The notes: a model not told the origin generated them from the letters alone. A DNA stretch of 49,767 nt, filler included, from Jimgerdemannia flammicorona (GCA_003990765.1; 2 parts of 2 records of this genome joined end to end with filler, not necessarily neighbours in it), one strand, 5' to 3'; positions 22,201-35,686 are shown, numbered from the whole stretch's first letter. Numbers and translations: made by a program.

Positions 22201-24836
22201 ATAGGACTGAAACTGATTGGCATATTGCGCGGATCTGGCAGGAGGTGGAGGAGCTCAAAGGGGTGTTATGAAGGGAGGAAGAGGAACAACTGCAGGGGAT
22301 AGTGGCCTGCTTGCGATGGCAAGGGCTTGAGGAAGGGGAGAGACCTACCAGGTTCTTGTCATGGTTGTTACAAGCACACTGAACGAGGCAGCGGTGGGAG
22401 GGAGTTTTGGACAAGGATGGCAAGCTAGTGGTGGGGACCCTGGCGATTTTGGACCTATTGTGGTCTCAGTGGGGGAACCTTTGGAGTGAGGATGAAGGGG
22501 GACTGGATGCTCTGGACATTGAAAGGCAGCTGGGAGATTGGCACCTGGACCCTGCCGTGGGACTTGGGGCATTGGGGGACCCAGTGAGTGGTGAGGAGAT
22601 TTGCAAGGTGGTGGCATCTACGAGTAAAGGGACAGCCCCGGGAGAGGATGGGCTCCCCTGGGATTTTTGGCAGAAGATGACAGGGGTGCATGAGGTACTA
22701 GAGGAAATGAGGGCTATGTGTGATGAAGTTCTTTGGTCTGGTGCCTGGATTGGGGGACAGAGCTTGGGGCTGGTCTCCTTGCTTTATAAGAACAAGGGCA
22801 GGAGGGAGGATTGGAAGAACTGGCGGCCAATCATGCTTCTGGACATGGACCGCAAACTAGTGACAAAGATCGTGGTGTTGCAGTTGCAAGGGATCGCACA
22901 GCAGGTGCTTGGATTGGAGCAACGTGGGTTTGTTGGAGGTCGGTTGATTCGAGATGGGATGGCCTGGGTTCATGGAGTGATTGAAGGTGCCCGGGCTACA
23001 GGGGTGGATGGCAGATTGGTATTTCTGGACCAGGAGAAGGCTTATGATAGAGTGCGGAGAATATGGCTGGAGGGAGTGCTGAAGCGGATTGGTATCCCCC
23101 CGGGGTTCCGAGGTTCATTGGTCAGCCTTTTGGAGGACAGTCAGGCGGCATTGGTCATCAATGGCCACCGGGGGGTGTCCTTCCCCCTGGGCCGTGGGGT
23201 GCCACAAGGGGACCCCTTGTCACCCATATTGTATGCCCTTTCCCTGGAGCCACTACTGGACAGGATCCGGTGTAAGATTGGCAGCTTGGACATTTTAGGG
23301 GTGAACTGGAAGGTGGGGGCCTTTGCTGATGATATGGTGGTCAGACTGGGTTCCTTGGGGGATGTTGGAGAGTTGCAGAGGACAGTGGAATGGTATGAGC
23401 GGGGTTCTGGTGCTAAACTGAACTGGCACAAATGTGAGATGATGGTGCTGGGCACTGGAATTGTCGGTGGCGATGTTATTGGGACGGTGGTTCTGGCCAG
23501 TGAACCAGTGCGCTACTTGGGGATCTACTTCTTGGTGTTCGGATCTCTTCTTTCCCGGGCATGGTGGGACCATAAACTGCTGGAGTGGGGTGATGTCCTG
23601 ATGTGATGGGGAGGCCGGCATATGTCCCTTGCCGGAAGGGTGATGGTGTTAAATGTGCACTGGATGCCGAAACTGTGGTATGTTGGGTATCATTTGGATT
23701 TCCCACCATGGGTGGTTAAGGGGTTGTTGAAGATGGTGAGGTCGTGGATCTGGGGAGGACAGCAGAGCCAGGTTGGTTGGGAGGTGCTCACACTGCCCTT
23801 GGAAAGAGGTGGACTGGGCTTAGTGGACTTTACTAAGAGGCTCTTATGTCTGAGGGCTTGGTGGCTAAGGAGGGCGAGTGAGCTTCAAGGTCGGGAGTGG
23901 GTGCCACTCATGCAGAGGTTGTGGGAGGTTCGATACTCCCCACGTGGTGGCTCCAGTGACCTGCTTGCAATGGTGGCCATGGATGGGAGCCGGAGAATGC
24001 GGTTTACAGGCTTTTGGTGGGGAGCGGTGGATGGTGCTAAGAAAATCGGCCTTCAGTGGCGAGGTGACGAGACCGAGGAGGTTTGGGGACCGCAGATATG
24101 GAGATGGGACAGGCTTCTATTGGGTGGTGTTCTGGTGGAGGACTTTCAGCTTGGCAAGGGTCTGGAGTGCCTGCGAGGCCTAGGTGGAGACCTGTGGCCT
24201 GAAGCCTGGCAGAGGGTTGGAATTGGGGAAGAGTGGGATTGGAATGGGCTCTGGCTTTGGAGCAAACGGGTGAGGCAGTGGCTGCCCCCCAAGTTCTGGT
24301 TGGCATGGTAGTGGGTCCTGTGGCGGAATGTAATGCTGAACTATCGGTCTGGTCACTTGGTGGATGGTGGGGTATTCGAGTGCAAGGATTGTTTCAATGT
24401 TGGTCAGGAGGGAGGAGTGGTACAAACGCCTGAACATTGGCTTGACGAGTGTGAGGTTTTGGGGGAGTTCTGGAGATGTATAATGGACAGGTTAGGGTTG
24501 GGGGCTGGGGGAGGAGAGGGAGGAGGGAGATGGGGAGAGCTTCACCAGCAATTAGTGGGTGGGGTCGGGGACGAATGGCTGACCCTTGGCTGGGCCTTGG
24601 CTATGTGAGTTGGGTTGGCAGGGCATTGGGTGCATGTATTTGAGGACGGGTGCCGGGTTGGAGTTGGTGAAAAGGTGGTACAGTGGGAATGGTTGCTGTT
24701 GGACATTTTAAATAGCTGGTGGCAGGGTTGGGGTATGAGTGGGGGGTACCGCGGGGGTTTGGTGCAGTGTATCTCCCAGAAGAGTGATGGGAGGGTTCAG
24801 GTAGTGGGTGATTGGGTGGTACTTGGGCAGGGGGAG
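19241..24836 (+). mobile_element. L1/Tx1-like LINE copy B (ORF1 19309-21224 with a frameshift near 19740, ORF2 from 21256), runs into the contig end
   Basis: Least decayed copy: ORF 19752-21224, RT ORF 22407-23606 (DQEKAYDRV, QGDPLSP, AFADD) and CKDC-x14-HWLDEC finger in ORF 24333-24608. Confidence 0.95.
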
Positions 24837-24936
24837 NNNNNNNNNNNNNNNNNNNNNNNNNNNNNNNNNNNNNNNNNNNNTTAATTAATTAANNNNNNNN
24901 NNNNNNNNNNNNNNNNNNNNNNNNNNNNNNNNNNNN
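24837..24936. other. Artificial contig linker (44 N + TTAATTAATTAA + 44 N)
   Basis: Exactly 100 bp, symmetric, with a central 12-mer giving stops in all six frames. Confidence 0.97.
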
Positions 24937-27900
24937 GAAACCCCAAGGATCTGAGGAACAACCATGGAGCAAGAGAATGCCTTCCTCAGAGCCCAGATAG
25001 CCAACTATGAGAACAGACCAGCACCCACAAATCCGACTCCATTCAGGCAACCACAGCAGCAGCAACCATCAAGAGTTCAAGAAGATCCCATGATAACGCT
25101 CACCAAGCAAATGAAGGACCTGGCCATTGCAGTTGCCCAGCTGAACAACCAAGGTAGAAGACAACAAGACTACCATCATGATAACAGACCAGACTACCAG
25201 CAATAAGACAACAGAGGTCCTGCCCCTGCACTACCAGCTGCAACTACAGCCTCATCAGTGACTGGTTCCTATGGTCCCACTTGCTTTAACTGTGGAAATC
25301 AAGGCCACATCCAGAGGAATTGTCCAAGGAACTAATCCATCCAGTCCAATGACAGAAATGTCAACCTCTTTCAGGTAGATGAAGAGACTCAGGAAATGGA
25401 AGAAGAAGCAGCCTGGCTCCATGGTCAAGAAGATGACATCTACCCATACTTCGAGGCTTTTCCATCCAAGGTGACATGAGAAGCTGCCCCTGCAGAGACC
25501 AGAGGACGAGGAAGACCACAAAGGAACCCCCCACCTCAACTGCCAGTAACAATATCTACAGGCAAGCATCTGTGACATGGCCATTCTTCTTTGGACACTC
25601 CACAAGAACAGGAGAAGCAAGTTAGAAGAGATACTCCTGAACCAGAAGCCGGACCATCTAGGACAACCCCCAGCTATACCCTGCCAGACCTTGAAGAAGA
25701 TGAGCATATGAGCATAGAATCTTCAGCTGATGAAATGCCCATCAGGAATGAGAGACTATATCCCAAGGGACCAAGACACCGAAGAAGCAGCAAGCCCCAT
25801 GCAGCAGCCTCACTTTGGGAACATATCCGCCTACAGAATGCTGGTCTTACAGTTGAGCAAATCCTCAAGAATGCACCAGAGGTCAGGCGAAAATTCCTGA
25901 AAGAAGCCAAGGAAGATACCAAGAGACTTCCAGTCCAAGGACCACATACTCAAGAATCTAGTACTATCCACACAGTCCATGAGAGCCAGCGATATAAACA
26001 TCAATCTACAAGACTCACCAATGGAAAAGTGTATAGTGAAAATGCCAGAATTCTCATCGATACTGGAGCAGCAGTATGTATCATCACCCAAAGGATGTTG
26101 GAGCAAATTGGATGGGGAATAGATGAAGGAACCAAAGCAAGAGTTATCATGGCCGATGGATCAGCTTCCACACCCCTTGGACTTGTCAGAGACATCCCCA
26201 TTCAAGTCGGAAAGGCCTGCCTCAATGTACCCAAAGCTGTCGTGACCCCTGCAACCTCTTATGACCTGATCCTGGGAACTGACTGGTTAAGCCAAGTTGG
26301 AGCCAATGTAGATATCAAGAAACAACTCCTGGTCTTCTCCATTCATGGACAGAAGCACAAGGTGCCCATTGACTTGAAAGGATCATCTAAAAGGACAAAT
26401 CAAGCCTCAGAAACAGAATGGCAAGGATATGGTGACACCCCCACTACTACTGAGGATGAAAGTGAGGCCAATTTCCTACAAGAACTAGGAAGTGATTTTG
26501 ATGCCCCAAGGGACCAAGAAAGCGAACAAGAAGACTCTTTCATTGGAGTTATTGGTGTTGAAGGCCTGGAAGAAAGCATTGATAGAGCCATTAATGCAAG
26601 GGCAGCACTTGAGTTTGCAGGACCTTCTGCTCAACCACTACTACCACTGGTAGAAAATCAGATCATGTGAGCCTTTCATCAAGGCATATGTGAACATTTT
26701 ATCAGCTTCCACTCACCAAGAGATGATTGCAGCAATTGCTGAATCCTGGATCTCAAGAAGGTTCCAATGTCAGAAATTGATGATAAGGACGAATTGAAGC
26801 AAGCACCATCCCACAGCTGAACACAACCTCCAACCCCAAAGACCTTCAAGAAGACCTGTAAGGAGGGACAGAAGATCCTCGCCTGCCAAACATTCGAGTC
26901 CCTCACCATCGAAGGAGAAAGCAACAGCTCTTACACTATCACCTGGGCCCTCCAGATCACACAGCCCACCTATGACAAGTATTGGAAGAGATTCCCTACC
27001 AGTAGGGAGGTCAAACAGTGAAATGAAGACTTTGTTAAGAAGGGACATTGTGATTGTGGAAAAACCTTTACCTGCTACTAGTATGAACATTGAGATGTTT
27101 ACCTTAGCAAAGATGTCTACAAGAGCCAAGTCAAGAGAAAGGATCCCACCTTGCAAGAACCTCGAATTTGCTGGGCCTGTCAGAAGTGCAAAGAAATCAA
27201 CCATGAAGAAGATTGCAAGTTCAAGAGCAAGACCTCTATCTGGGACCTACTATTGGAAGTTCTTGCCATCATTTGCTGGTACTGCCACCCTCATCAAGGA
27301 AAAGAAGGTATCAATCTTGCCTTCATCCTTATGGAAGCTCTGGACCCTCTAGGAAAGACTGGATTCAATTACACAAGAAACTCAAAGACAGGAGCTCACT
27401 GGCCTTTCTTCAAACCAGAGTGCATAGACTTCTCACCTACAATGGCAACAGCTGAAGCACCATTTCTCAAAGCTCAACCAATTATCCAGGTCAAGCTGCT
27501 TTCACCCTGGGCACAACCACCTCTTGCACAAACAGAAGGATCAGTTGGTTATGACCTCTGCCTCCCCTACCAAGCAAGAATCTGATCCAGAAGTACCAGG
27601 ACTTTTGACCTACAGATCGCACTCACTATACCACCTGGGCAATATGGACAATTGGCCTCAAGATCCTCATTGGCAACCAAAGGAGTCACAGTAGAAGGAG
27701 GAGTCATTGATCAGGACTACCGAGGTCCCTTGAAGGCCATTATCCGAAATTCTAGTAGAGCCAGTCGATTCTTCAGCCCTATGAAAGCCATCTGCCAAAT
27801 CCTGTTTATCAAGATATCACAGCTGACCATCCAAGAGGTAGACCAACTAGAAGATATCAACAGAGGACAAGGAGGCTTTGGAAGCACCAATAGAAATCTA

Positions 27901-30900
27901 CAGACACCACCTATCGAGGTTCATTTGGCAATAGTTGCTCAATTCCGACAAATGAGACCCCATATCTGCCGCCCAATCCGAGTAAGAGAAGACATCCTCC
28001 TATAGCCCTACCAGCAAAAAGGCCTAGATGTGCACCTACTAGTAGAAGCAAACAACTTGATATTTGCACCATCACTGGAGCTTCAAAAGGAATACCACAT
28101 CCTCCTGGCTGAAGAACGAATTCATGACCAGATGTCACCGATCCATATCCCTATCAGAAACTCGGGCTTTGAAGTGATAACTATCCCCAAGAGAACAACA
28201 CTGGGATATTTCGAACCACTGATAGACACCTACGAGGAAGAAGTCTTCGAATTCTTGGGAAATGGCAAGTCCTCTCTGGTGAGACTGACGGTACCAGGGA
28301 GGAAGACTCAGCAAATTCAGCAATCAAAGCCATTGACATCGAGACAACTCTAACCAAGGACCAGCAACAACAGATACAGGAGTTGATAGAGGAGTACAAA
28401 AATATATTTACCACCACATATGATAACTTCCCACCATATCAATATGGAGAACACCCTATATATACTGGAGATGCAAGACCAATCCGACAATGACCCTACC
28501 AAACACCACATCATTTGATTGAATTTGAACAACAACACATAGATGAAATACTATGAAATAGAGTCATCAGACCATCATCAAGCCCCTGGGCTTCACCAGC
28601 AATCATAGTACCAAAGAAAAGAGAATGGAGATTAGTCGTGGATTTCAGAAAACTCAACAAAGTCACCACAGAAGATGCCTACCCACTGCCAAGAATTGAT
28701 GACCTCATCAATGTCCTCAGAAAAGCCAAATACATGACCACTACCAACCAGTTCCAAGGATTCCAAGTAATACCCATTGCCAAAGAAGATATCTGCAAGA
28801 TGGCCTTCATCACCAGATGAGGACAGTATGAATACCTATGAATGCCCTTTGGACTCTGCAATGCACCCGCCTCATTCTAATGAATGATGAACTATGTCTA
28901 CTGGGACCTCATTGGAAGAAATGTACTAGTGTATATAGATGATATAATCATCTACTCTGAGACATTCAAGCAGTATTTGCAAGACCTCTGCGAAGTATTC
29001 AATACCATTCAAAATTCAGGACTCAGACTCAATGCCAAGAAGTGCTTCTTCGGAAAATATCAAGTCGAATATCTGGGATATGTTGTCTCAGCTCAAGGAA
29101 CACATGCCAACTCCCGCAAGGTGGAGAAAGTCAAGAACTACCCAACCCCGACCTCAGCAAAGGAGACCCTATCCTTCCTTATGCTGGCATCCTACTATCG
29201 ATGATTCATCCCAAGGTTTTCAGATAAGGCAGCACCTCTCCGAGATATCTCCAAGAAGGACCAACCATTCTACTGGAGAAAGGAACAACAAAAGTCATTC
29301 GACCTACTCAAGAAGGCCCTTACTGAAGCCCCTGTCCTGGTGCGACCAGACTTTGGCAAACCGTTCATCCTGGCAACTGATGCCTCAGCCTTAGGACTTG
29401 GATCAATTCTGTCTTAGCAAGATGACCAGAAGAAGGAGCATGTTATCAAATATGCTAGCAAGGCCACAAATGAAATACAAGCGAACTATGGAGCCACTAA
29501 GTTGGAATACCTAGCAGTGGTTTGGGCTGTGGACCACTTCTGACACTATCTCTTGGGAAAGAGATTCACTCTCATTACTGACCATCAAGCTCTACAATGG
29601 TTGTTCAACAAGCCGGAGCCCTCAGGAATCTTTGCTAGATAGATCATGTCTCTGCAAGAATATCAGTTCACTATTGTCTACAAGAAAGGTGCTAAAAATT
29701 CCAATGTCAATACCCTGTCAAGAATCCTGTGAAACCAATAAGAAGGGAAGGAGCCCCCACAAGAGAAGGCTGCTTCCTGCTCACCCAAATGAACCAAGAA
29801 TTGCGCCTCGCCCTCACCTGGAGTCTGCACCATAGAAGCTTCAAGAAAGGAATCCAACCAGCCTATAAGTTGTTTATCCAAAGAAATTTCAAGAAATTCC
29901 AAGAAGGCGATGGTGAACTTTGGAGAGTAGAAGGAGAGCAGTATACCCAAGTTCCAAAAGAAGAAGAAATATTGAAGATCCTGACAACAAATCATGACCA
30001 AAATGCACACTGAGGAATTGGCGCCACAATCGCAAGAATCAAGAAGCGATACTGGTGGCCCAAGATGAGAAAACAAATTTCAATGCATATTCAATAATGT
30101 GATACCTGCCAAAGATACTGACAAAAGCCTATCAACAGAGCACTATTAATACCAATCGCAGTACTAGCTGGAGTCTTCCAAAGACTGGGAATAGACATTG
30201 TTGGACCCCTACCAGTAACCAGCCAAGGAAGACACTACATCCTCACTATTGAAGACCACCTGACAAAATGGCCTGAAGCCTTTGCCATTGAGACTGCCGA
30301 TGCCCAGACAATTATTGGAATCCTGTATGATGAAATTTTCAGCTGCCATGGTGTGCCCAAGGAAATCATTACAGACTAAGGCCGAGAATTCATCAACCAA
30401 GCTATGAAGACCTTCACAAGCAACTTCAAGATCAAGCTGCGACTGACAACAGCCTACCACCCACAGGCAAATAGACTCACTGAACAAATGAACCAGACCA
30501 TCAAGCGAGGTCTCAGTAGAACCAGAGATTAACTAAACTGGGATATCTATCTACTGGCAATTCTGTTCAGCATTCATACCTCTAAGGCAACTGCTACCCA
30601 ACAGACCCCCTTCTATTTGGTGTATGGCCGAGAAGCTCATGATCCTACTGAATCAGTCCAGCTAGATCTGTCGAAATGAGTCACAGAAGAGATCACCTAG
30701 TTACATGACATATGCCAGCAAGCATGAGGATTTATTGCCAAGGCACAAGAATGACAAAAGAGGTACTACGACTGTAAAGCTGACCTCGAACCCCTGCTCA
30801 TTGGACAAAAGATTCTGGTGTACCGTACCATCATAGAAGGAAATTGGAGTGCCAAGTTTGAATCAAAATGGGAAGGCCCCTATCTCATACACTAAGTATT

Positions 30901-31013
30901 CTCAAACCACACTTATCAACTCAAGACCTTGGATAGAGTTACATATACTCAAGACCAAGATACACTGCAACCACATAAGACTCTACTATTCAAGAGAAGC
31001 AAAATGCATTTGA
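24937..31013 (+). pseudogene. gag-pol polyprotein remnant
   Basis: ORFs at 24964, 25591, 27151, 27652 and 28030 share one frame, broken only by point stops. RT/RNH/IN follow with a few frameshifts; integrase ends ...KTKIHCNHIRLYYSREAKCI* at 31013. Confidence 0.88.
27481..27891 (+). pseudogene. Trimeric dUTPase domain within pol, between protease and RT
   Basis: All five motifs: GSVGYDL (I), LASRSS (II), GVIDQDYRG (III), AICQ (IV), RGQGGFGST (V). One in-frame TGA at 27583. Confidence 0.93.
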
Positions 31014-32530
31014 ACAATCCTGTTCACTCTGTCTGTATTGTCTCCATTGGAGATACGATGGATGTTTTACTTGGAACTCAAGAAAGCCAACAATGTTGGA
31101 ATCAGACTCAAGCCCATCTACGTGACAGACATTGTTACTAAGAAATTGCCTTGGATTACAAGAAATACTATTTCCAATGGGTTCGAACCCCCAGCCATGA
31201 CTATGGGAGCCCTCACCCTAGATAAGGATGACCAGTCCTCACAAATGCACCAACATTCTGCTCACCCCTGGAGTTAAGACCACCCAACTCTGTATAATCT
31301 TCACTACTGAGGACAGCTCTAATTTTGCAAGGGGCAGATGTGATGTACATAATTGACAATGGAGTACTGGTGACTGCTAAGATCAGACGACATAAGGCAT
31401 GACAATCAAATAGACAGCCTGACCCATTAGGTGATTATCCCAAAAGAAGACAAGATGATCCGAGCCAAAATGAAGACCACGTATTTAAGGAACCATACTC
31501 CACCTCAGAGATCGGCACCAAAGAACCAAGTACCCACCACACAATACCTCCCATTCACCAATCCAACCAGACCTCCCGCTGCTCTACCCCTTTGCCTGGC
31601 CCAAAGACCCTGATCTTTGAAGCTATCAAGAATGCCATCTAGTGCCCAGATACTTCCGAACACTTGAACTTCTACACTGAGGACCTTGGACACTTCATCA
31701 ACTACTGGTATATAATGACCCAATAGCTCAAAGACACTACTGAACGAATGACCCTCTGGCCTGACTACGAAATTGGACACCACCTTCGCAATGAGACTCA
31801 AGAAGATGACCGGGAAGACCTCATTACCGAATTGTTAACCACCAGCTGGCTAATCAAGAGAGCCCTCCATGTCTACCAAATCTTCCACCATATTCCCTGG
31901 GCTATAGTACACTTACAAGGAGTGACGGCTGGAAGTCTTGCCCGCCTCTCAACTGAAGATGCAGACTGGATAGAATCAGAAGTAGCCAACTCTATTGGCA
32001 GCAACTGTGTCACCATAGGAAGCCAACAAACCAAACCTACTCAGCCAGGTTTCCACACCACCCCACTCTGAGACAACCATCAAGGTCACCTAATGAGTCT
32101 TATGGAGATATTTGAAGGACCACCCATTACCATAGAAGCACCCATTAGAGCTACCCCAACCACCCACCACCCTGCCAGCCACAATTCACATCTCATCATT
32201 TGGGAACCAAATCAAGAAGAAGCCCAAGAGGTCTCTGTCTTTGAAGAGGAAGCCCAAGAACCCCAAGACCCTGCCCCTGAAGAAACCCCCTCTGACACTG
32301 AAACTGACGAGTTTTCAGAAGAAGAAGAGGAGCAACAGAGAGTCTATCTGTCCTCTGTCTGCATTCAAGCTGTTCAAGGGTTGGAGAATGTTGTTGAAGA
32401 TGACTGGTCACTTTTCTACCCCCTCACCTCTTGGCCGGTGCTTCCCCCTTTTGAGGAGAGGTATGATGAAGAAGAAATCTTAACCCAGCAAGATTTGCCT
32501 GCCATGGATGAAGGATACTATTTCCTCTAG
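31004..32530 (+). pseudogene. Third ORF of the Gypsy element (~509 codons, unknown function, acidic C-terminus)
   Basis: One frame from ATG 31004 (overlapping the integrase stop) to TAG 32530 with about eight point stops and no apparent frameshift. Joins ORF-track pieces 30929-31141, 31748-32071 and 32093-32530. Confidence 0.65.
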
Positions 32531-33850
32531 AAGTACCACCCGTCAGCCATGAGAATTGTGCAGCCTTCATGTCAGCAAGTCTGAATCCAGCATTGCTATC
32601 CAGTGCCACCATTTTCAGCATTTGTCAGCAAGTCAGCAACACCCATTTTCAGTGATACCACCCACAACATCCATATCCAGTACTAGCACTCATCTTATCC
32701 CAATTCGGTGCAAACAATTGTCACACCCATTTTCAGTGTTGTCATCCTCCACAACCGTTTCTGACAACAATCAGCATTCATGTCTGCTCATCCGAATCCA
32801 GTGTTGCTATCCCCTACAACCCAATCCATAGTAAACAATAGCCTGCACCTTGCATTGTGCAAGCCAATAGCATAGCAAATGTTCGCCACAATGTAGTATA
32901 CCTTAGCCGCATCCATAGCTAGCAAACTTGTATAAATAACCCATATTCTTAGAGTGAATAAACCTCAGTCAGACAGTTTTATAGAGAAAACACACTGCCT
33001 CCAAGAGACCGGAAAATTCTGAGAACAAGATAATAACCTAGAGCAACAGATCACTCAGAAGTTTGAGTTAAGGAATTTCTCTTACTGCCCGAATTTCAAG
33101 TTTTGCCACCATGAAAAGGATTTAAGACTATGGACCACCCGCAAGTCAGTTTGTGTTTAAAAGTAAAAAGGATTACAAAGAAACCACTGCCTCCAAGAGA
33201 CTGGATAAATTCTGAGAACAAGGTAACTAGAGCAATGATCGCTCGAGGTTTGAGTTAAAGAATTTTTCTCTTGCCATGGAAAGAAAACGTTACCCGACCA
33301 CTGCCATTCGACCACCATTCGAGACCTGAGACCCAGCCTAGGATTCAAGACATGACCGCTACGCATTCAGACTGCCATTCGGACCATGCATTCAGACCGC
33401 CATTTGAGATTCAAGACCCAGAAACCCAAGGATACCCAGCCAAAGGATACTAGACCACCAAAGACTGACCCGCTGCCAAAGACCCAAATGACCGCCAAGA
33501 ACCTTTCAAGTTAACAAGTCAAGATGGACGAGTGAGACATCAACCTCCATTTTCCTGACCTACTGCACCATGAACCGCTTAAAGCCAAGCCCATCGTCAC
33601 TGCATAAATTCAAGTTCGCCGCCAAGTTAATCGCTGCCAGAAATGCCCTTATCCACTAAACAATTGAGCCACCATCATTGAACAATCAAAGTCCCGCTAT
33701 TATATCAATTACTACACGAATCGAATGACCTGTCATGTGACCATCGACCTGTGAACATCACCAAAGTCTTCAGTTATACATTGCATGCTTCACCAAGTAG
33801 CACATTGAGCCATGCTTGAAGAGAACTAGGGATACAAACCCGATGCCACA
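31339..33850 (+). repeat. Putative 3' LTR (start uncertain); TATA/AATAAA core at 32925-32968; internal ~90-bp duplication from ~32993 and ~33185
   Basis: Purine-rich AAGGGGCAGA followed by TGTGAT, the same start as the other LTRs; ends CACA. No 5' LTR is available to confirm the start. Confidence 0.5.
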
Positions 33851-34329
33851 ATATATAGATATGATATATTGAGCTTAGCTCTACTCTATAATTTCTTAGA
33901 AGTTAGATCATCATCTCTGAAATACTTATTATTATCAGATTTCTTACTTAATACTCAAGATATATATCAGTTATATATATATATTACTATATTAATAGTT
34001 TTAGTCCAATAAGTAGTTATATTAATTATTATATATATCATTTCTATAGTCATATAGTTAAATCACTCAGCTAAGCTATTTTGCCAGAGCATATACATAT
34101 ATATATATAGCTGTCATTTCATAATATATATTGTATTTTCTCAAGTATTACTTAAATATACTATTGATATATTTATATCTATTATCTGAGTATATGTATA
34201 ATATATAATATATATTCTGTTTCATTCTTAATAATCACTTTGAACTCTTTGAATTTCTCTAAGACTTTATTCTTTGCTGACAGACTTCTATATTTATTAT
34301 CAAACCAATTTATTCTAATATAATATATA

Positions 34330-35685
34330 ATACTCCTACCCCTATCTAATTCCTCTAAGAAGTCTATCCCCCACCCCTTTATGATTAAATATAATCAGAC
34401 TATTAATCTTCTCAACTATCCCACTACTCTGCTCATAAATCTCCTCTACTAAGCAATGATGATAGCTACTCTGGAGACCCCACCCCTTCAACTAGTAGAC
34501 AAAATATCCACCATCAGTCTCTCTCTCCTCACCACCTACTTCTCTATACTTATTCTTCTTTTTTTTTCTTAAATATATATAGCTAATATATATCAAGTCA
34601 ACCTTACTCAAACTACTAAAGCCCACCCAACAGTGAGTTACTCATTATTAACACACTCTACCAATCATATTCTCAAGTTATCTCAATAATTCCCTCTCTC
34701 TCCTGTCATCTCTCTACTCTCAGACAATCTTTAACTATCATCTAAAAGTTTTTAAGAATCTTTCACTCATTCAGCCAATGTTCAGACATTTGTATAAAAC
34801 CCCCCTCCTGTCCTATATATATTATAACACTCCTCACAATCAAAGACCCTGCTATCTATCAAATATTTTGAATAAAAGTTCAACATAATATTTCTTCTCA
34901 ATATATACTACTGTATATTCAATACTTTGGAGGAAACCACTACTATATTATAGTACTTCAAGATCAGATATCAGCCCAGTTCTATATTTTACCAATATCT
35001 GCTATCTATCAGACAGCTGGTTATAGATTCTGTCCTACTCTCTATTAGTACTCTATATCAGCACTAATATCAAGTTCAAGAGTGTGGAACATCTCAACAG
35101 CAGTCTGTCTCACTGCTATATTACAGATCCCCATAGGACCTCTCCCTCATTTCTCTGCCAATAGAGTACAATATGATCAATATGATAAGTACTCTCTACT
35201 ACTCTCTATCAGAACCCCTTATACTATAAGCATCAGCTGCCATATAGTTTAATCATTATCAACAGATTACCTGAAGAGTCTTGGAGAGAAAACCTCACCC
35301 CCCACACCTTCTGTATCAAAGGCACCCACCCACCTCCCCTCAGCTCAATGACTCTCTTCAACCTCTAAGCCCTAAGACAGTACAGCTACTTTAGGAGGTC
35401 CACCAGGCCCAGGCCCCCTTGATCCACTAGTGCCACCAAAATCTTCCAACCTATCTAGCTCCACCTCCCAATATATAGTCCTTGGCCATCCTCAGCAACC
35501 TCAGCAACCTCTTCACCACTCAGGCTGGAAAGTCTAAGTAATATGCCAAATATCATAACTTTGGCAACCAGTAAATATTCAGAATTGACACCTGCCCAGC
35601 AAGAGAGATGTGGAGCCCCCCCCCCCAGCTCCAAAGGGCCTCCCTCCATTCCACCATATTCCTTTCTCACCAAGCCTTGGGCAAG
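34330..35685 (-). mobile_element. 5'-truncated, strongly decayed LINE 3' fragment of the same superfamily
   Basis: Minus-strand remnants LPKAW..., ILNIYWLPKL, GGLGLVD, WFPPK, MLNFY, VFDCEECYN and EHWLNE parallel the ORF2 C-terminus of the other copies. The 3' UTR may extend toward 33851. Confidence 0.8.
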
Positions 35686-35686
35686 A

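Larger units (their letters stand above)
24937..33850 (+). mobile_element. Ty3/Gypsy LTR retrotransposon with dUTPase and a third ORF (5' part lost at the contig break)
   Basis: Gag CCHC knuckle CFNCGNQGHIQRNC (25282-25323), protease LIDTGA, dUTPase, RT (SPWASP, DFRKLN, YIDD), RNase H (TDAS, TDH), integrase (HHCC-like, GIDIVGPLP, YHPQ, GPY). 3' LTR-like end ...GCCACA at 33850. Confidence 0.93.

Noticed and set aside
24881..24892. TTAATTAATTAA palindrome
   Set aside because: Synthetic six-frame-stop linker inside symmetric N runs. It also means LINE B and the Gypsy element cannot be treated as one composite element.
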